Of a stretch of DNA of 26,466 nt, positions 23,868-26,466 are shown piece after piece; position 1 is the stretch's first letter; each line of letters opens with the position of its first letter. A program made the position numbers and the translations under genes. The DNA comes from a virus (Duplodnaviria > Caudoviricetes), in the IMG/VR virus record IMGVR_UViG_3300032318_000216, positions 1 through 26,466 of that record. One strand, written 5' to 3'. The notes beneath the pieces were generated by a model. That model made no database searches, had not been told where the DNA came from, and worked only from the letters and a program-made list of their open reading frames with translations.

Positions 23868-25736
23868 TCACCAGCCAGACACGAATCCGCCTGGCCGTGG
23901 TGCTGCAGCAGGTCGGCGTCTGGTGGTCTCGGGTGCGGCTTTCGTTAGGCCGGCTTCCAGTTGGTCCCACATCGTGGCGCGGTTGTAGCGGCGCTTGAGC
24001 AGTTCCAGCATTGCCAGGCAGTACACCTTCAGGTCGAGCGGTTCATTGCGAGCGCCGCTTGGCTTGACCCACTCCAGCACCTGAAACCCTTTGACGTAGC
24101 GCGGCTGCAGTCGCTCGCAGGTCAGGCCCTGCAAGTAGTCATCGGTGGTGGCGTTGTCGAAGTGAATGAATCCTGGCCCGTGTTCTTCAATCTTCAGCCG
24201 GCTGTAGATCGTCCGCTTGATTGCATGGGTGCCAACCATGTAGAGCGTCACGCCGTTTTTGATGATCTTCCCCTTGTAGTTCACGTCCTGCTTTGTGCCC
24301 TTACCCAGCACTGCGGTGTTGCGCTGGCTTGATCCTTTGATTGCAGTGACGCCATCCTTTGCGTACCGGCGGCAGTATTCATACGCTTCGCCGGTGTAGT
24401 GGCCGCCGGTATCCACTGCGCAACGGATCACCTTCATCGTGCCGCCGGCTTCATGCGGCCAGGCAATCTCGCGGATCGTGGTCACTTGCTGCCAGACGTG
24501 ATCCTGCCCAGGATCGCCGTCAATCTTCTGGTGCCAGATCCGCCAGGCTTCATCGCCGCGGCCATATCCCCAAACCGTTACCTCAAGCCAGGTGTCCTGC
24601 ACGTCCACCGCCATGACCACCACCAGCACACCAGCCGGGCAGCTGCCGTGGTCGTAGCCGCCCACCCGTGCCATCAAGCCATCAGCGCTGACCTTGGCCA
24701 AGCTCTCGTCTTCCCAGGCATCAGCGGCGCGCTTATTGACCCAGCCCTTCAGCAGCAGCGGATCAGCCTTGGCGCGCAGGAACTCATCACGGATCTGTTC
24801 CCAGCTCGTCCAGCCCAGTGGCGCATACCAGCCGGGCAGGTGAAAGCCTGCGGTCATCCCATCGCCCTTGGCAGTAGGTGTCCAAATCGCTTTGCTCAGC
24901 ATCTGCTGCTTGTGGTACTGAGCCACTCGCTCACCGCACGCCGGGCATTGGCAGAACACATCACCATCTGCCCTGTCCCATACCATGTGCTCGCGCCAGC
25001 GGATCACCTCGTTGGCGCCGCAGCACGGCATCCATGCGTGATACAGGCGTCGATCGGACCTGCTCTCAAACTCCTGCGTGATGCGGCAGGCGCCGCGTGT
25101 GCCGGGTGTGCTGGTGATCAGCACCTTGCCCATAGGGAACGTACTGGTGCGCGCTTCGGCGTTCTCCAGTGGATCGCCTTTGTCGTCGGCCTCCATCGGA
25201 TAGCTCGACACCTCATCGGCCGCTAGGTAGGCGGCTGGCATCGACTGCAGACCGCTGCCGCTGTTGGCGCCGGTCAGCACAAACAAACCGCCGTCGAACT
25301 CCTTGAGAAACATCGTGTTCCCTGAGTCGCGGCTGCGCGCCGGTGCCATCTTCTCCACCAGCTGCGGTGTCTCACGCAACAACGGATCAAGCCGCTGGCG
25401 GTTGAGACGCTTGGCCATGTCGAGCGTTGGCTGCACCAGCAGCGTCGGCCCAGGCCATAGGTCGATGATTGAACCCAGCCAGTTCAGGATCACCTCGGTC
25501 TTGCCCATCTGGCTGCCGAACATCAGCACCACGCGGCGCGTTGAGCTGCTTGGGCTCAAGCAGTCCATTGGCTCGCGCAGGTACGGCGTGCGTTCCGTGC
25601 GCCAGGGGCCTTTCTCGGCGGCTCCCTTGCCGCTCAGGATTCGATGCTGGTCCGCCCACTCGCTCACCGTCGTTGCCGATGGCGGCGCCAGCGCAGCCAG
25701 CAGGGACTCTCGGTAGAGCAGCGAGCCATCAGCCAT
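23868..25736 (-). CDS. terL: Terminase large subunit, lambda gpA family
   Basis: 'TPYLREPMD', Walker A 'SQMGKTE', Walker B 'YLAADEV', 'STP', nuclease 'VDVQ', 'DTGG', 'RNEPLD..VY'. Start reassigned to ATG 25736 (MADG), overlapping the terS end. Confidence 0.95.
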   Translation of the reverse strand: MADGSLLYRESLLAALAPPSATTVSEWADQHRILSGKGAAEKGPWRTERTPYLREPMDCLSPSSSTRRVVLMFGSQMGKTEVILNWLGSIIDLWPGPTLLVQPTLDMAKRLNRQRLDPLLRETPQLVEKMAPARSRDSGNTMFLKEFDGGLFVLTGANSGSGLQSMPAAYLAADEVSSYPMEADDKGDPLENAEARTSTFPMGKVLITSTPGTRGACRITQEFESRSDRRLYHAWMPCCGANEVIRWREHMVWDRADGDVFCQCPACGERVAQYHKQQMLSKAIWTPTAKGDGMTAGFHLPGWYAPLGWTSWEQIRDEFLRAKADPLLLKGWVNKRAADAWEDESLAKVSADGLMARVGGYDHGSCPAGVLVVVMAVDVQDTWLEVTVWGYGRGDEAWRIWHQKIDGDPGQDHVWQQVTTIREIAWPHEAGGTMKVIRCAVDTGGHYTGEAYEYCRRYAKDGVTAIKGSSQRNTAVLGKGTKQDVNYKGKIIKNGVTLYMVGTHAIKRTIYSRLKIEEHGPGFIHFDNATTDDYLQGLTCERLQPRYVKGFQVLEWVKPSGARNEPLDLKVYCLAMLELLKRRYNRATMWDQLEAGLTKAAPETTRRRPAAAPRPGGFVSGW

Positions 25737-26319
25737 TGGACAACACTCGCAGCGCAGTGGATAGTTCTTCACTGAGCAGTCGATGCACCTCGGCGCTGTC
25801 TCGCGCTGCGGCCAGCAACGGAGCCACGCGATTTGGAATTGCCAGGATGTTGTCACGGATCTGCCGGCCCAGCGCGCTGGCCATGCGCTTGACATCAGCG
25901 GTGGTCACCAGGTCTTCGCGTTCCTTCAGCGCTTGCAGCCGGGCCAGCTCGGCGTTGTAGTGCTCCTTGCGCTCGCGGCTTACGTCAAGGCCTGGTATCT
26001 GATCTTCTGGCAGCCCCATGATCAGGCTCTTGAGCTGGTCGCCGGTGGTGTCGGGCACATGCACCGGCGGCGGTGGCGGCGCGCCAGCAACATCAGGCGC
26101 CAGCTCTCGGCGGTCGCGATCCTTGGCGCCTGCAGACACTCGCTCAGATCCGTTGCGCTTGGTGTTGCGGTCCCACAATTCCAGCGCCTTATCGCGGTCA
26201 AGCATCCGCTTGCCGTTGTGCTCAACGATCGCGTCTGTGATGCGCGCCTTGCAGGCAGTCGTTACCGCTGGAGCTGACACACCTTTGAGCCGGGCGAAAT
26301 CACTGAAGCTGATCAGCAC
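25729..26319 (-). CDS. terS: Terminase small subunit (Nu1-like)
   Basis: N-terminal HTH 'FARLKGVSAPAVT'; C-terminal 'KEHYNAELARL....L...IRDNILAIP.R.A..LA'; directly upstream of terL. Confidence 0.85.
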   Translation of the reverse strand: MLISFSDFARLKGVSAPAVTTACKARITDAIVEHNGKRMLDRDKALELWDRNTKRNGSERVSAGAKDRDRRELAPDVAGAPPPPPVHVPDTTGDQLKSLIMGLPEDQIPGLDVSRERKEHYNAELARLQALKEREDLVTTADVKRMASALGRQIRDNILAIPNRVAPLLAAARDSAEVHRLLSEELSTALRVLSNG

Positions 26320-26466
26320 TTATCGCAACTCTTAAACGCTTAACATCAGCGTACGGAGCAGTTAAAGGTGCGACCGGGGAAGGGGTTTTTGTAGTCAGGG
26401 ACTGGGATCTTGGCTTAAACGGTTGCCGGGGCTCCCGCTAGCGAAAGAGCGGGCCGCAGGATCACC
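26320..26466. other. Non-coding region upstream of terS, probable cos-proximal packaging region
   Basis: Lambda-type terminases cut cos upstream of terS. Inverted repeat CCCGCT/AGCGGG (26434..26453), palindrome CGCTAGCG, and direct repeat CTTAAACG at 26331 and 26414. Confidence 0.45.
26346..26357 (-). promoter_or_regulatory. Putative late promoter motif TCCGTACGCTGA
   Basis: 9/12 match to TCCATAGCCTGA; hexamer 28 nt before the terS GTG. Confidence 0.55.

Noticed and set aside
25737-25895. N-terminal 53-aa extension of terL given by the ORF track
   Set aside because: It overlaps terS and is not protein-like; ATG 25736 fits the family start and the coupling to terS.

Overview
The whole window is about 26.5 kb of a high-GC siphovirus genome or prophage; no host genes, integrase or att site are visible. 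A picocyanobacterial host (Synechococcus/Cyanobium type) is inferred from the cyanobacterial-style group-2 sigma factor, strong GATC enrichment and gene content. Reading the minus strand from the right end, it carries a putative cos-proximal region, terS, lambda-gpA-type terL, a gpW-like protein and a lambda-type portal. Next come a three-part (unknown domain + HK97 protease + major capsid) fusion, head completion/decoration and fiber genes, tail terminator, tail tube, tail assembly chaperones with a -1 slippery site, tape measure and tail tip genes. These are followed by a lysis cassette (holin candidates plus a GH24/M15 dual endolysin), an HNH nuclease and a calcineurin-like phosphoesterase. 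A plus-strand sigma-70 gene converges on this late operon. Left of it are Gp157 and small accessory genes, including a 5'-truncated pentapeptide-repeat gene. Most notable: (1) a recurring minus-strand motif TCCRTA(G/C)(C/G)CTG, 6-28 nt upstream of late gene starts, including one copy inside the capsid fusion ORF and one predicting a leaderless mRNA, alongside a phage sigma with a degenerate region 4; (2) AT-rich, GATC-poor modules apparently swapped into the tail tip, fiber and tape measure genes; (3) three small genes missed by the ORF track, including a Cys-rich protein coupled to the tail tip gene. All family calls come from recognising motifs by eye, not from database searches.
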